Below the pieces are notes generated by a model. The model had not been told where the DNA came from, did no database searches, and saw only the letters and a list, made by a program, of their open reading frames with translations. Position numbers and translations under genes: made by a program. Source: Prochlorococcus sp. AG-679-M23 (GTDB lineage Bacteria > Cyanobacteriota > Cyanobacteriia > PCC-6307 > Cyanobiaceae). From it: 64,000 nt of DNA. Positions 30,358 to 38,178 of the stretch are shown one piece after another. Where the stretch lies: contig QCUR01000001.1 of the NCBI GenBank assembly GCA_003208875.1, positions 320,001 to 384,000 of the forward strand, given 5' to 3'. Numbering within the stretch: the stretch's first letter is position 1; every line of letters starts with the position of its first letter.

Positions 30358-30759
30358 ATGACCCAAGCAAAATTGGAGGGTTTATTAAAGATAGATAACG
30401 AATCATATAACCTTTTACGAGTCCTCACAATGTTCATGAAGTTAGATAATTCTCAGGACGTTCCTCTTCAGGCAATGGCAGTATTTTGGTACGTAGCAAC
30501 CTATCAAAATTGTACTAAGAAGGATATTGAAAAATACTTCGATATGAGTAAAGCTAGTGCTTCAAGGATGACGGACTATATAAGTCGATATCATAGGCTA
30601 GGTAAGGCAGGCTTAGGTCTAGTTTCTAAAGAACAAGATCCAAAAGATAAAAGAAGAACACTTTTGAAACTTACAAGGAAAGGTAAAGATCTAATTGAAA
30701 AGTCTTTTAATACTCTCTATGAGGATATGAAAAGTTTTGAAGCTGAATTTGAAGAATGA
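30358..30759 (+). CDS. MarR-type winged-helix regulator (cyanopodophage-like)
   Basis: MSKASASR HTH; GLGLVSKEQDPKDKRRTLLKLTRKG wing. Confidence 0.85.
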   Translation: MTQAKLEGLLKIDNESYNLLRVLTMFMKLDNSQDVPLQAMAVFWYVATYQNCTKKDIEKYFDMSKASASRMTDYISRYHRLGKAGLGLVSKEQDPKDKRRTLLKLTRKGKDLIEKSFNTLYEDMKSFEAEFEE

Positions 30760-30947
30760 ATACTTGCAACTCTTTTGATTCCTTAGCTATTGGAAACTTT
30801 TAAAAAACATTTAAACTGGCTCTGAAACACAAATAGCAGGTTATCCGTTTCTTAATAGAAAATAACAACTTATTAGTTACTCCATAGACTTTCTAAGAAG
30901 TTAGAATTTAATAATTCATTAATTCATTATCACCAGCAAAAACAGCA

Positions 30948-31202
30948 ATGGAGGAATATAGAGAAAAGTTAGAGAAGATTTACCAACAATTAAATGAAGA
31001 AGAAGATCCCCTTTTAAAAAAATGGTATCAATCACTTATTCCTAAGGCGATATTATTATTTCCTGTAGTTGCTTTTAGTTTTACATTTTTAAAAGTAAAT
31101 ACTGATAAATCAATATTAGATTTACTCTCTTTTGCTGCAGTTGGTAGTTTATTAGTTTTTGGAGGTATTTTTTTGAATTATTTCTTATCTAAACGAAGAT
31201 AA
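30948..31202 (+). CDS. Hypothetical two-TM protein
   Basis: Two hydrophobic helices. Confidence 0.6.
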   Translation: MEEYREKLEKIYQQLNEEEDPLLKKWYQSLIPKAILLFPVVAFSFTFLKVNTDKSILDLLSFAAVGSLLVFGGIFLNYFLSKRR

Positions 31203-31597
31203 TGGAAGCATTTAGTCAAATAAAAATCTTAAATATTAAAAAATTGATTTAGCTCTATTAGCTCTGCGGATTGTTTTTTTTAAAATATGATTTTTTATGG
31301 AAAGGTCAGAAATCGCATAGAGAGTTAAAAAGAAAACTGCTTTTGCAAAAATTGATATTTGCATAATAAAAATAAACCTATTTACATAGAACCAAATCGC
31401 TAAATATAAGCAAGTCCTTAAAGACCTCAAAATCGTGAAGGAATAATTAATTAACAGTCCAATAAGAAAAAGAGGTTATTTACTTTTCTCCGATAATCTT
31501 TTTATTTGTAGAATATCTTTATTAGAAATTATTAACAAAATTATTTTTAGTAATTAATACTCTAGATATTTGAGGCCTTTCCCCAGTAATGTAATAA

Positions 31598-31666
31598 TAT
31601 CAGAAACTCCTCACACACTAATTTCTGATAATCAAGCACCCTTATCTCTAAATTAGGGTGTTTTTT
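31598..31666 (+). ncRNA. Yfr1/Yfr10-like sRNA
   Basis: ACTCCTCACAC motif (31606-31616) in the loop of a TATCAGAAA/TTTCTGATA stem, then a CACCCT..AGGGTG-T6 terminator. Confidence 0.75.
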
Positions 31667-31765
31667 ATTGACAGAAAAACAGAAAGTCATAACTGGCACA
31701 TGTGACAATTAGATTGCTTTTCTCATCCCCTTCCAGTTTAGGAGAGTGTATGGCATATTAAAAAG

Positions 31766-31857
31766 GTGTGTAGGAGTGGTTTTACTAAAAAAGTGGAAAC
31801 AAGGAAACACTTAATTTAGTTAAACCAAGAAAAGACCTCTATTAGGGGTCTTTTTTT
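31766..31857 (+). ncRNA. Yfr2-family (Cyano-1) sRNA
   Basis: 5' GTGTGTAGGAG, central GGAAACA-A-GGAAACA loop, GACC..GGTC-T7 terminator. Confidence 0.88.
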
Positions 31858-31889
31858 ATGCTTCAAAATAGATTGAATATTAAATTATT

Positions 31890-32072
31890 TTATTTGTGAA
31901 AATTATTAGAGGAGCCAATGGTTAAATTCTGAGTTGAAATCTTATAGAACTTCTCATGTACTGAATCACTAAATTCATTTTCATTTGAATAATTCATTAG
32001 GTCCAGCGGTTCAATATTTTCGTCGAACCATTCGTCATATTCAATATTATTAGGTTCAGCAAAATAAGTCAT
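31890..32072 (-). CDS. Acidic hypothetical protein
   Basis: 60-aa ORF, YDEWFDE motif. Confidence 0.5.
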   Translation of the reverse strand: MTYFAEPNNIEYDEWFDENIEPLDLMNYSNENEFSDSVHEKFYKISTQNLTIGSSNNFHK

Positions 32073-32231
32073 ATTTAATTAATAGCTATCAAAAAATATG
32101 TAAACGGTACATGCTATACAAAATTAAAGATTAATTGCTAAAAAGGAAATTGAAAAATCTAAATTCAGAGACAAATTAAGTGCTTCCTTAATTATTGGTT
32201 TTAAATTAGTAATTACACAATTATTTTTTAT

Positions 32232-32552
32232 ATGGCTCATTATCACGTTCATGGATTAATTCCTGATGGAATCTCTCAAGCTGAAGGTTACAAAATGTTT
32301 GAGCAATATATTGCTTCCGGTGCACCAATGGATAACTTTGAAGGATTTGAATTGATAAGTAGACTACATGCCCCTGAAACCGGAGAAGTTTTTGTGACTT
32401 TCAAAGCTGATAATCACTTGGCAATATCTGAACATTTCGGAGTATGGAGAGCAAAATTTGGCCTCGAATGGAATATAACTGCTGTTTTAAATGATGAAGA
32501 AGTCATTCAAAGAAATAAGCAGGTTGCGGATGCTGTTGCTGCGATGGGATAA
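32232..32552 (+). CDS. DUF3303-like protein
   Basis: DNFEGFELISRLHAPETG...ADNH...W...ITAVLNDEE. Confidence 0.8.
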   Translation: MAHYHVHGLIPDGISQAEGYKMFEQYIASGAPMDNFEGFELISRLHAPETGEVFVTFKADNHLAISEHFGVWRAKFGLEWNITAVLNDEEVIQRNKQVADAVAAMG

Positions 32553-32561
32553 TTTAATTGA

Positions 32562-32604
32562 TTGACAGTCGATCTATATAAGAGGGTTATAACCCTCTTT
32601 TTTT
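32562..32604 (+). repeat. Dispersed ~45-bp element, copy 1
   Basis: TTGACAGTCGATCTA, then palindrome AAGAGGGTTATAACCCTCTT and T-run. Confidence 0.75.
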
Positions 32605-32980
32605 AATAGCAAAGAACACTATCAGCTTTAATTGATTCTTCAATTAGTACATCTGGCATAGCAAACTCTGCTTTATATCCATTTAGAAGCTTCTCATCGT
32701 AACCTCTTGATTTGGCTGACTTTCCTGAGACATATATGGTAACTTTTGAATTCTTTAAATTTTCAAGATGTTCGTATAAATCTCCAGTACCTTGACCAAC
32801 TATTTCTCCAGCTTTTTTGCAATTTAATATATCTACTCCGTCTCCTGCCAGAAAAAGAGTTACTTTATGATCGTTTTTTTCTGCATTAAGTGCAACAAGT
32901 AAACCTAAAGTTATTTTATTTTGGGATTCTAAACCGCTATAAATATGAACAAGCACTGTATTATCGGTAATGATAGACAT
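32603..32980 (-). CDS. DsrE/DsrF-like protein
   Basis: VTLFLAGDGV...IYVSGKSAKSRG. Confidence 0.8.
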   Translation of the reverse strand: MSIITDNTVLVHIYSGLESQNKITLGLLVALNAEKNDHKVTLFLAGDGVDILNCKKAGEIVGQGTGDLYEHLENLKNSKVTIYVSGKSAKSRGYDEKLLNGYKAEFAMPDVLIEESIKADSVLCY

Positions 32981-33157
32981 TTAACTCTCCCTTGAATTAA
33001 GTTATTTAATTTTAAAAAAATCTATCTTTATTAGCTTCATTTTTTATGAAACCCTTACCACTGGCAAAGCTAATTATTAGTAATTGAAATTCAATCTGAA
33101 TTGAAGGGCAATTAGCTTCTTTTTTTCTTAATATTCAATTACAAAGTATTCAAATTC

Positions 33158-33562
33158 ATGAGATCTCTTTTATTCTTACCTTTACTTTTTGGTTTCTCAG
33201 GACCAGCTATTGCAGATTCAGAAGTATATAAAATAGACGTATCAGCAGAGAGTTATCGTAACTATATTCTTAGTGGAACTGATAGGAATGGGTCTGTAAG
33301 TGGGGAAGATCCTACAGTTACACTGAATAAAGGAGATACAATTATTTTTGATGTTGATGCATCTCGTCATCCATTCTATATAAAAGCTGAATTTTCTCGT
33401 GGAGGTGGTGATCAGGTAACTACAGGGAGAATTTCTGGGACTCCAGGAACGCAAAATGGAAAACTATCATGGAATACCACGGGCGTATCAGCAGGTAAAT
33501 ACTTTTATGTTTGTTCTCCGCATGCATCTTTTGGAATGGGCGGGACAATTATTGTTAAATAA
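33158..33562 (+). CDS. Secreted cupredoxin-like (blue copper) protein
   Basis: Signal peptide; HPFYI; YVCSPH-x4-MGGTI type-1 copper ligand pattern. Confidence 0.75.
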   Translation: MRSLLFLPLLFGFSGPAIADSEVYKIDVSAESYRNYILSGTDRNGSVSGEDPTVTLNKGDTIIFDVDASRHPFYIKAEFSRGGGDQVTTGRISGTPGTQNGKLSWNTTGVSAGKYFYVCSPHASFGMGGTIIVK

Positions 33563-33717
33563 ATAAATGAAACGCTTACTACTTACTCCTATATTCAAAC
33601 GTTTTAAAAAGAGTGCTTTTTTCTCATCACTTAATCAGAATACTTGTCCTGTTTATGATGCTGAAGAAATAAAAAAACAAGAACAAAAAGAAGCTATTAA
33701 TAAGTTATATTCATAAA

Positions 33718-33741
33718 AAAAGGGCGTTAAGTACGCCCTTT
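33718..33741. terminator. Intrinsic terminator
   Basis: AAAGGGCGT..ACGCCCTTT. Confidence 0.65.
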
Positions 33742-33901
33742 CTAAAAGCTAGATCATCCCCATCACCCAGCCTTTCTAAAATAATAGCACTACATATGGT
33801 GTTTGACTGTAATATTTCTTACTTTAGGTGGGGTTGTTTGTTTCTATTTTATTTGCCATGATAGAAATCCCCATCACTTAGACTCGCAAGGGTCTTTTTT
33901 T

Positions 33902-34291
33902 ATGTCTAGTTTTGGATCAGATACTCCATTTATGCTTCTTGCAAAATTAAAGATTAAGGAAGATAAAGTTGCCGAATATTTAGAAATTGCTGACAAGACA
34001 GATAAGGCTGTTGAAGCAAACGAGCCAGGTATGCTTCATCATACTTTTGATCAAGATCCAGACGAACCACTTCGTTTTGTATGGTCAGAAGTTTATAAAA
34101 ACGATGATGCTTTACTTGCTCATTTAGCTAATCCAGCAGTAGGAGTATATCTTGAAGCTCATGCTGAGCTAGGGACTGATTTTTCTGTTGAATTTTACGG
34201 AACTGTGGGGGATAAAGTGATTGAAGCTATGCAAGGAACTGGGGTTCCTTTTAAAGTCTTCAAAACACAATTCGGTTATAGCAGGGTTTAA
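33902..34291 (+). CDS. Antibiotic biosynthesis monooxygenase (ABM)-like protein
   Basis: EANEPGMLHH, WSEVYKNDDALLAHLANP; start reassigned to ATG 33902. Confidence 0.82.
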   Translation: MSSFGSDTPFMLLAKLKIKEDKVAEYLEIADKTDKAVEANEPGMLHHTFDQDPDEPLRFVWSEVYKNDDALLAHLANPAVGVYLEAHAELGTDFSVEFYGTVGDKVIEAMQGTGVPFKVFKTQFGYSRV

Positions 34292-34316
34292 GGTTAGTGA
34301 AATAACTAAATAGCTA

Positions 34317-34625
34317 TTACGCCGCTGTTTCTATCTGATCTGTAACTGCAACGAACTCTTCATCAGTAAGGACAGGTGTGACTTCTATTTCATTTCCAAA
34401 GCCAGCACTCCAAGGTTGACAACACTGCCAAATGTTTGAATGGTCAGAAGCTTGAACTATTGCCCAACCATTAGCTCCCTGAGGATTTAAAACTCTATTT
34501 AAAACTTTGAATCCTTCGAAACTGTCATAGGGAGATCACTCTTTTACATAATCAGTAAATGTTTTGGTTGCTTTCATTGAAGCTTCCATTGATGGGAACT
34601 GCCATTGAACTATGTATGTTTGCAT
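34317..34625 (-). pseudogene. DUF3303-like gene with a single in-frame TGA
   Basis: MQTYIVQWQFP...YVKE*SPYDSFEGFKVLNRV...EVTPVLTDEEF; TGA at 34536-34538. Confidence 0.8.
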
Positions 34626-34772
34626 AAAGCTTTTATTGATTAGTTAACTAATTATGAACAATATCTATTAAAAGGAAATTGAAAGTTAAATAACGAATAC
34701 CAAAATACAGACAGCTATGTTTAACAGCAAGCTTAAAGTTTGAGAATTAAATTTCATCTCTAATTTGCATGA

Positions 34773-34892
34773 CTAAAGGATCAAAAAGAATCTTAGTCCT
34801 AGTGGCAACCACAAACATAGAAGAAGCATTAGTAATAAAGAAATAGCATGGACATTTGGAATGTACTGCTCTTTAAAAATTTGTGTCTTCAT
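34773..34892 (-). CDS. 39-aa hydrophobic microprotein
   Basis: MKTQIFKEQYIPNVHAISLLLMLLLCLWLPLGLRFFLIL. Confidence 0.45.
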   Translation of the reverse strand: MKTQIFKEQYIPNVHAISLLLMLLLCLWLPLGLRFFLIL

Positions 34893-34895
34893 AAT

Positions 34896-34985
34896 CTATC
34901 TGGCTTTCCTAAGTTTGATTTCTCTTCTGACAAGTAAACCTAAAACTACAACACACATATTCATTAGAAAAACATCTAATGGCAT
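34896..34985 (-). CDS. 29-aa TM microprotein
   Basis: MPLDVFLMNMCVVVLGLLVRREIKLRKAR. Confidence 0.5.
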   Translation of the reverse strand: MPLDVFLMNMCVVVLGLLVRREIKLRKAR

Positions 34986-35067
34986 TAAATAAAAAAGTAT
35001 CTACTTAATTAATAGCAAGAATATTGGTATATGAATCAAGAAAGAATCACTAAAATACTTAGACTAC

Positions 35068-35205
35068 TTATTCAGATTCTTTATGAAGTCTCTGATAGAA
35101 ACCTACTCTTCTCCAATAATCTTCATATATGAGGTTTCTTTTTTGATAATCTAATGCGTTCATATTCTTGTCGAGTATGGCAAAAGGAGAATTAGTAAAT
35201 TTCAT
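35068..35205 (-). CDS. 45-aa hypothetical protein
   Basis: MKFTNSPFAILDKNMNALDY..., N-terminus similar to 35732-35917. Confidence 0.55.
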   Translation of the reverse strand: MKFTNSPFAILDKNMNALDYQKRNLIYEDYWRRVGFYQRLHKESE

Positions 35206-35255
35206 AGTAAATCCTAAAATAATTGTTTATTAAATATCTATTAGATATGAGATTT

Positions 35256-35357
35256 TTATCTCGAATAACTAGATCCTCTATAAGTAAGCTTTATTGTCTT
35301 CTCTTCTTGGCTCTTGCAATATACAAATGACTTGCCATTAAAATACATGTTTACCAT
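35256..35357 (-). CDS. 33-aa DUF4278-like peptide
   Basis: MVNMYFNGKSFVYCKSQEEKTIKLTYRGSSYSR; LTYRG motif; directly downstream of the riboswitch. Confidence 0.75.
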   Translation of the reverse strand: MVNMYFNGKSFVYCKSQEEKTIKLTYRGSSYSR

Positions 35358-35374
35358 GATGCAGCTCCTGACTT

Positions 35375-35437
35375 GCTCAAGTCCCCGTCCTTTGGCTTGA
35401 GTCGTACTGCGGTCTATCTAGTGGTAGATCGGACGAT
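35375..35437 (-). promoter_or_regulatory. Glutamine-II riboswitch (Downstream-peptide motif)
   Basis: Minus strand CGTCC...CGCAGTACGACTCAAGCCAAAGGACGGGGACTTGAGC with P1 CGTCC/GGACG and pseudoknot CTCAAG/CTTGAG. Confidence 0.82.
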
Positions 35438-35440
35438 TTG

Positions 35441-35489
35441 GTAGCTGTAGCTACACTTTATTTATAGAGTATTTGTACTCAATTGTCAA
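35441..35489 (-). promoter_or_regulatory. Sigma70 promoter with NtcA box at the inferred start site
   Basis: TTGACA-17 nt-TATAAA (35489-35461); GTA-GCTGTAGC-TAC at 35441-35454. Confidence 0.75.
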
Positions 35490-35518
35490 TATATTTAGGT
35501 AAATTCAATATTTGGAGA

Positions 35519-35662
35519 TCAAGCAGATTCGGTTAATTTGTTCTTCATATCTTCAATTTTATTAATTAATTCATCTAACCATTCTGTATTATTTTCTGTT
35601 CTTTCTTTAAAATATGAAATTTTTGATTGATTCATTTCATGTGTCTCGAAATCTCCGCTCAT
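35519..35662 (-). CDS. 47-aa protein; paralog of 39732-39875
   Basis: MSGDFETHEMNQSKISYFKERTENNTEWLDELINKIEDMKNKLTESA. Confidence 0.75.
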   Translation of the reverse strand: MSGDFETHEMNQSKISYFKERTENNTEWLDELINKIEDMKNKLTESA

Positions 35663-35731
35663 AAAATTTTTCCTTTTCTAAAGTTTTTATGTGATTAGTG
35701 AATTAATCAGCATCAATAATTAAATAGATAA

Positions 35732-35917
35732 TTAGATAGAAATCCTGTCGATCATCAATACATCTTGGGTTTGGATTGTATCTCTCTTACTTTCATCCTC
35801 AGAATCTTTATAAGAATCGATTTCAGCTTGAACTCTTCTCTTATAAACTCCTTTGATGTAATCCAGTTCTTTTCTCTCTTTATTTAAAATTGAGAATGGT
35901 GAGGTTTTTAAGTTCAT
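35732..35917 (-). CDS. Hypothetical protein
   Basis: 61-aa ORF, SPFSILNK motif, GGAG upstream. Confidence 0.6.
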   Translation of the reverse strand: MNLKTSPFSILNKERKELDYIKGVYKRRVQAEIDSYKDSEDESKRDTIQTQDVLMIDRISI

Positions 35918-35944
35918 TAATAGCTCCTTTAAAATAATTTTTGA

Positions 35945-36082
35945 TCAACACCAGTTTTTATCAGATTCAATAAAAATATCTATAGTTTGCTGATTTCTGG
36001 TTTCTTCCTCTAGAAGTTCTTCTTCTGATCTTTTTTGAATCTCAGAGTCATAAACTTCTTTTTTTGTTGGTGTGGTAGACAT
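35945..36082 (-). CDS. 45-aa acidic microprotein
   Basis: MSTTPTKKEVYDSEIQKRSEEELLEEETRNQQTIDIFIESDKNWC. Confidence 0.5.
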   Translation of the reverse strand: MSTTPTKKEVYDSEIQKRSEEELLEEETRNQQTIDIFIESDKNWC

Positions 36083-36401
36083 TTTCTCATGACAACTACA
36101 AATATGTTCTAACTAAATAGACGAGTCATACGATTAATAAAGATGTTCGGTTTGAGGTACTCCAATATACGGATAAAGGATCAACAATTAAATTTCAAAA
36201 TGGTTAAAATAGAATATATTTCCAAACAGACAAGATAAAAATATTTAATATTCACTAGGTATCTTGATAAATATTAATTCGCAGGTTTAATAATCATTAG
36301 GATTGAAATTTTATCAATATTTTTTCATTCGTAACCAATATTGTTTTTAGAGTGTGTTATGTAAATAATCAAATTTAAAACAAAATTTGGAGGTAAATCT
36401 A

Positions 36402-36443
36402 ATGGTTTTAAAAGTAGTAAAACCATTCCTTGAGTTACGTTAA
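36402..36443 (+). CDS. Putative 13-aa micro-ORF with strong SD
   Basis: GGAGG-8 nt-ATG; MVLKVVKPFLELR. Confidence 0.35.
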   Translation: MVLKVVKPFLELR

Positions 36444-36459
36444 AACCTTTATTTTCCAA

Positions 36460-36594
36460 TTAGCTAGGAAGTTGGTGTGTAGGTGGTGCATGAAATTTTC
36501 TCTTTTTTCTTTTTGATCTCTTGTAAATAACAAAAAGACCTAATCCTAATAAAGGAAATAATAAACCCTCTACAAATAAATGAAAGTTAATCAT
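36460..36594 (-). CDS. 44-aa TM microprotein with basic tail
   Basis: MINFHLFVEGLLFPLLGLGLFVIYKRSKRKKRKFHAPPTHQLPS. Confidence 0.5.
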   Translation of the reverse strand: MINFHLFVEGLLFPLLGLGLFVIYKRSKRKKRKFHAPPTHQLPS

Positions 36595-36780
36595 AATCGT
36601 TACCCCTATGTAACCGTTATGGAATTATTTAGCCCAAAGTAACACTTTAATTATTATCGGTCTATCACTTAGGTCTTATGACTCAATTTTATGAGAGCTT
36701 TTCCCTTTAAGAATCATCAATAAGGGCAAACCTAAAATCATCAGCCCCCCATCTATCAATAAAAAAGTATTCAAACTATT

Positions 36781-36954
36781 TTATTTATTCCATCTAAGTG
36801 GTATTCCTTTTTTTACGGTGTCTTTTTTCATATCATCCATCTCTTCCCTGATTTTGTTGTAAAAGGCTAGCTCTTCAGGATCCTTAGAACCAAGTCCATA
36901 TTTCATTGTTGCAGCAAGATATATTCTGTGCTTTCGATATGAAGATAATGCCAT
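36781..36954 (-). CDS. 57-aa hypothetical protein
   Basis: MALSSYRKHRIYLAATMKYGLGSKDPEE...KKGIPLRWNK. Confidence 0.6.
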   Translation of the reverse strand: MALSSYRKHRIYLAATMKYGLGSKDPEELAFYNKIREEMDDMKKDTVKKGIPLRWNK

Positions 36955-37148
36955 AAACGACCCTAATTTCTAAATCATATCTAACTTCGTTGTACGTTGT
37001 TTGTATCTACCTTACCAAGAGATGTCAATTATTTTAATGATAAAAAATTATGCTCTAATTTCTGCTCTAATTCGTCTATATTAAGTGATCTTAAAATTAT
37101 TTAATTTTTTTAATTCTTTAAAGCTAATGATAGTAAGGTCTCGAGGTA

Positions 37149-37237
<89 letters not shown>

Positions 37238-37562
37238 AGTGGACCAGATAGGATCGCCTGCAGCACAGTAATTCCGAAGTGTGCAAGATAAATTTAAATG
37301 GACTATCTGTTGCTGTCAAATAAGTTCTAGGGAGTGCTGTAATCATTATTCAGTCCATTTTTTTATTTGTGAATCCATATTTTTTACATTGTTCACTATG
37401 AATTTAAAGTAGGAAAAGCTGAAAAACCGTGGCCGAATAACTAAATTCAAGGTTATAGATATAAGCAATATACTTTACAACCCCTTACAGTTGACTCAGA
37501 AGGGGACTTTTTTTTGAGATGATTGGTAAATTATCAAAAGCAACTAAACAATTAATTCCCTG

Positions 37563-38102
37563 ATGGAAATTCATAGAAAGACATTACTAAATCTTATAAA
37601 AGAAAGAGCATACAAGAAAGGTAAATTCACCTTATCTTCTGGTAAAGAATCAGAGCATTACATTAACTGTAAACCTGTTAGTTTATCTTGTGAGGGAAAT
37701 GCACTTATATCCCATTTGATGTTTGAACATATAGAAGATAAATCTGTAGCAGTTGGGGGACTTACGCTGGGTGCTGATCCTTTAGTTTGTGGTATCGCAC
37801 AGAAAGCATACTACTCAAATAAACATATTGATGCTTTGATCGTAAGAAAGAATCCCAAAGGATATGGAACAAAAGAAGTTATTGAAGGTAACAAGCCACC
37901 TGAAGGATCTATCGTTACAGTATTGGAAGATGTAACTACAACTGGAAGTAGTGCAATCAAAGCAGTAAATGTTTTGCGTGATGCAGGTTACATTGTGAAT
38001 CGTGTTGTTGCAATCGTTGATAGAATAGAGGATCACAATGTATGGAAAAATAACAAGATAGAATTTATTTCTCTATACAAATTAGAGGATATTATTGAAT
38101 GA
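37563..38102 (+). CDS. pyrE: Orotate phosphoribosyltransferase (phage-like copy)
   Basis: FTLSSGKES.HYINCK, GGLTLGADP, IVRK, VLEDVTTTGSS PRPP motif. Confidence 0.95.
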   Translation: MEIHRKTLLNLIKERAYKKGKFTLSSGKESEHYINCKPVSLSCEGNALISHLMFEHIEDKSVAVGGLTLGADPLVCGIAQKAYYSNKHIDALIVRKNPKGYGTKEVIEGNKPPEGSIVTVLEDVTTTGSSAIKAVNVLRDAGYIVNRVVAIVDRIEDHNVWKNNKIEFISLYKLEDIIE

Positions 38103-38132
38103 ACTGTTGGCACTTTGCACCTCTAATAATTA

Positions 38133-38178
38133 TTGACATTCGGTCTAAAATTGGAGGGATAAAACCCTCCTTTTTTTT
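38133..38178 (+). repeat. Dispersed ~45-bp element, copy 2
   Basis: TTGACATTCGGTCTAAAAT, GGAGGG-ATAAAA-CCCTCC, T8, ATG. Confidence 0.7.

Noticed and set aside
33567..33716. ORF starting MKRLLL like the 40724 signal peptide
   Set aside because: Similarity stops after ~11 nt; probably a chimeric remnant, too weak to call
33756..33877. ATCCCCATCAC direct repeat 111 bp apart
   Set aside because: Only two 11-bp copies, with no transposase or terminal inverted repeats between them
34536..34538. In-frame TGA as selenocysteine or recoded stop (also TGA at 38815 and ~25880)
   Set aside because: The position aligns to Gly in the paralog, the others fit single-base TGG>TGA changes, TGA is a normal stop for many genes here, and no SECIS-like hairpin is evident
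36450..36492. Resemblance to cyanophage wcaG/manA RNA motifs
   Set aside because: Only short fragments match and the stretch is explained by a minus-strand ORF
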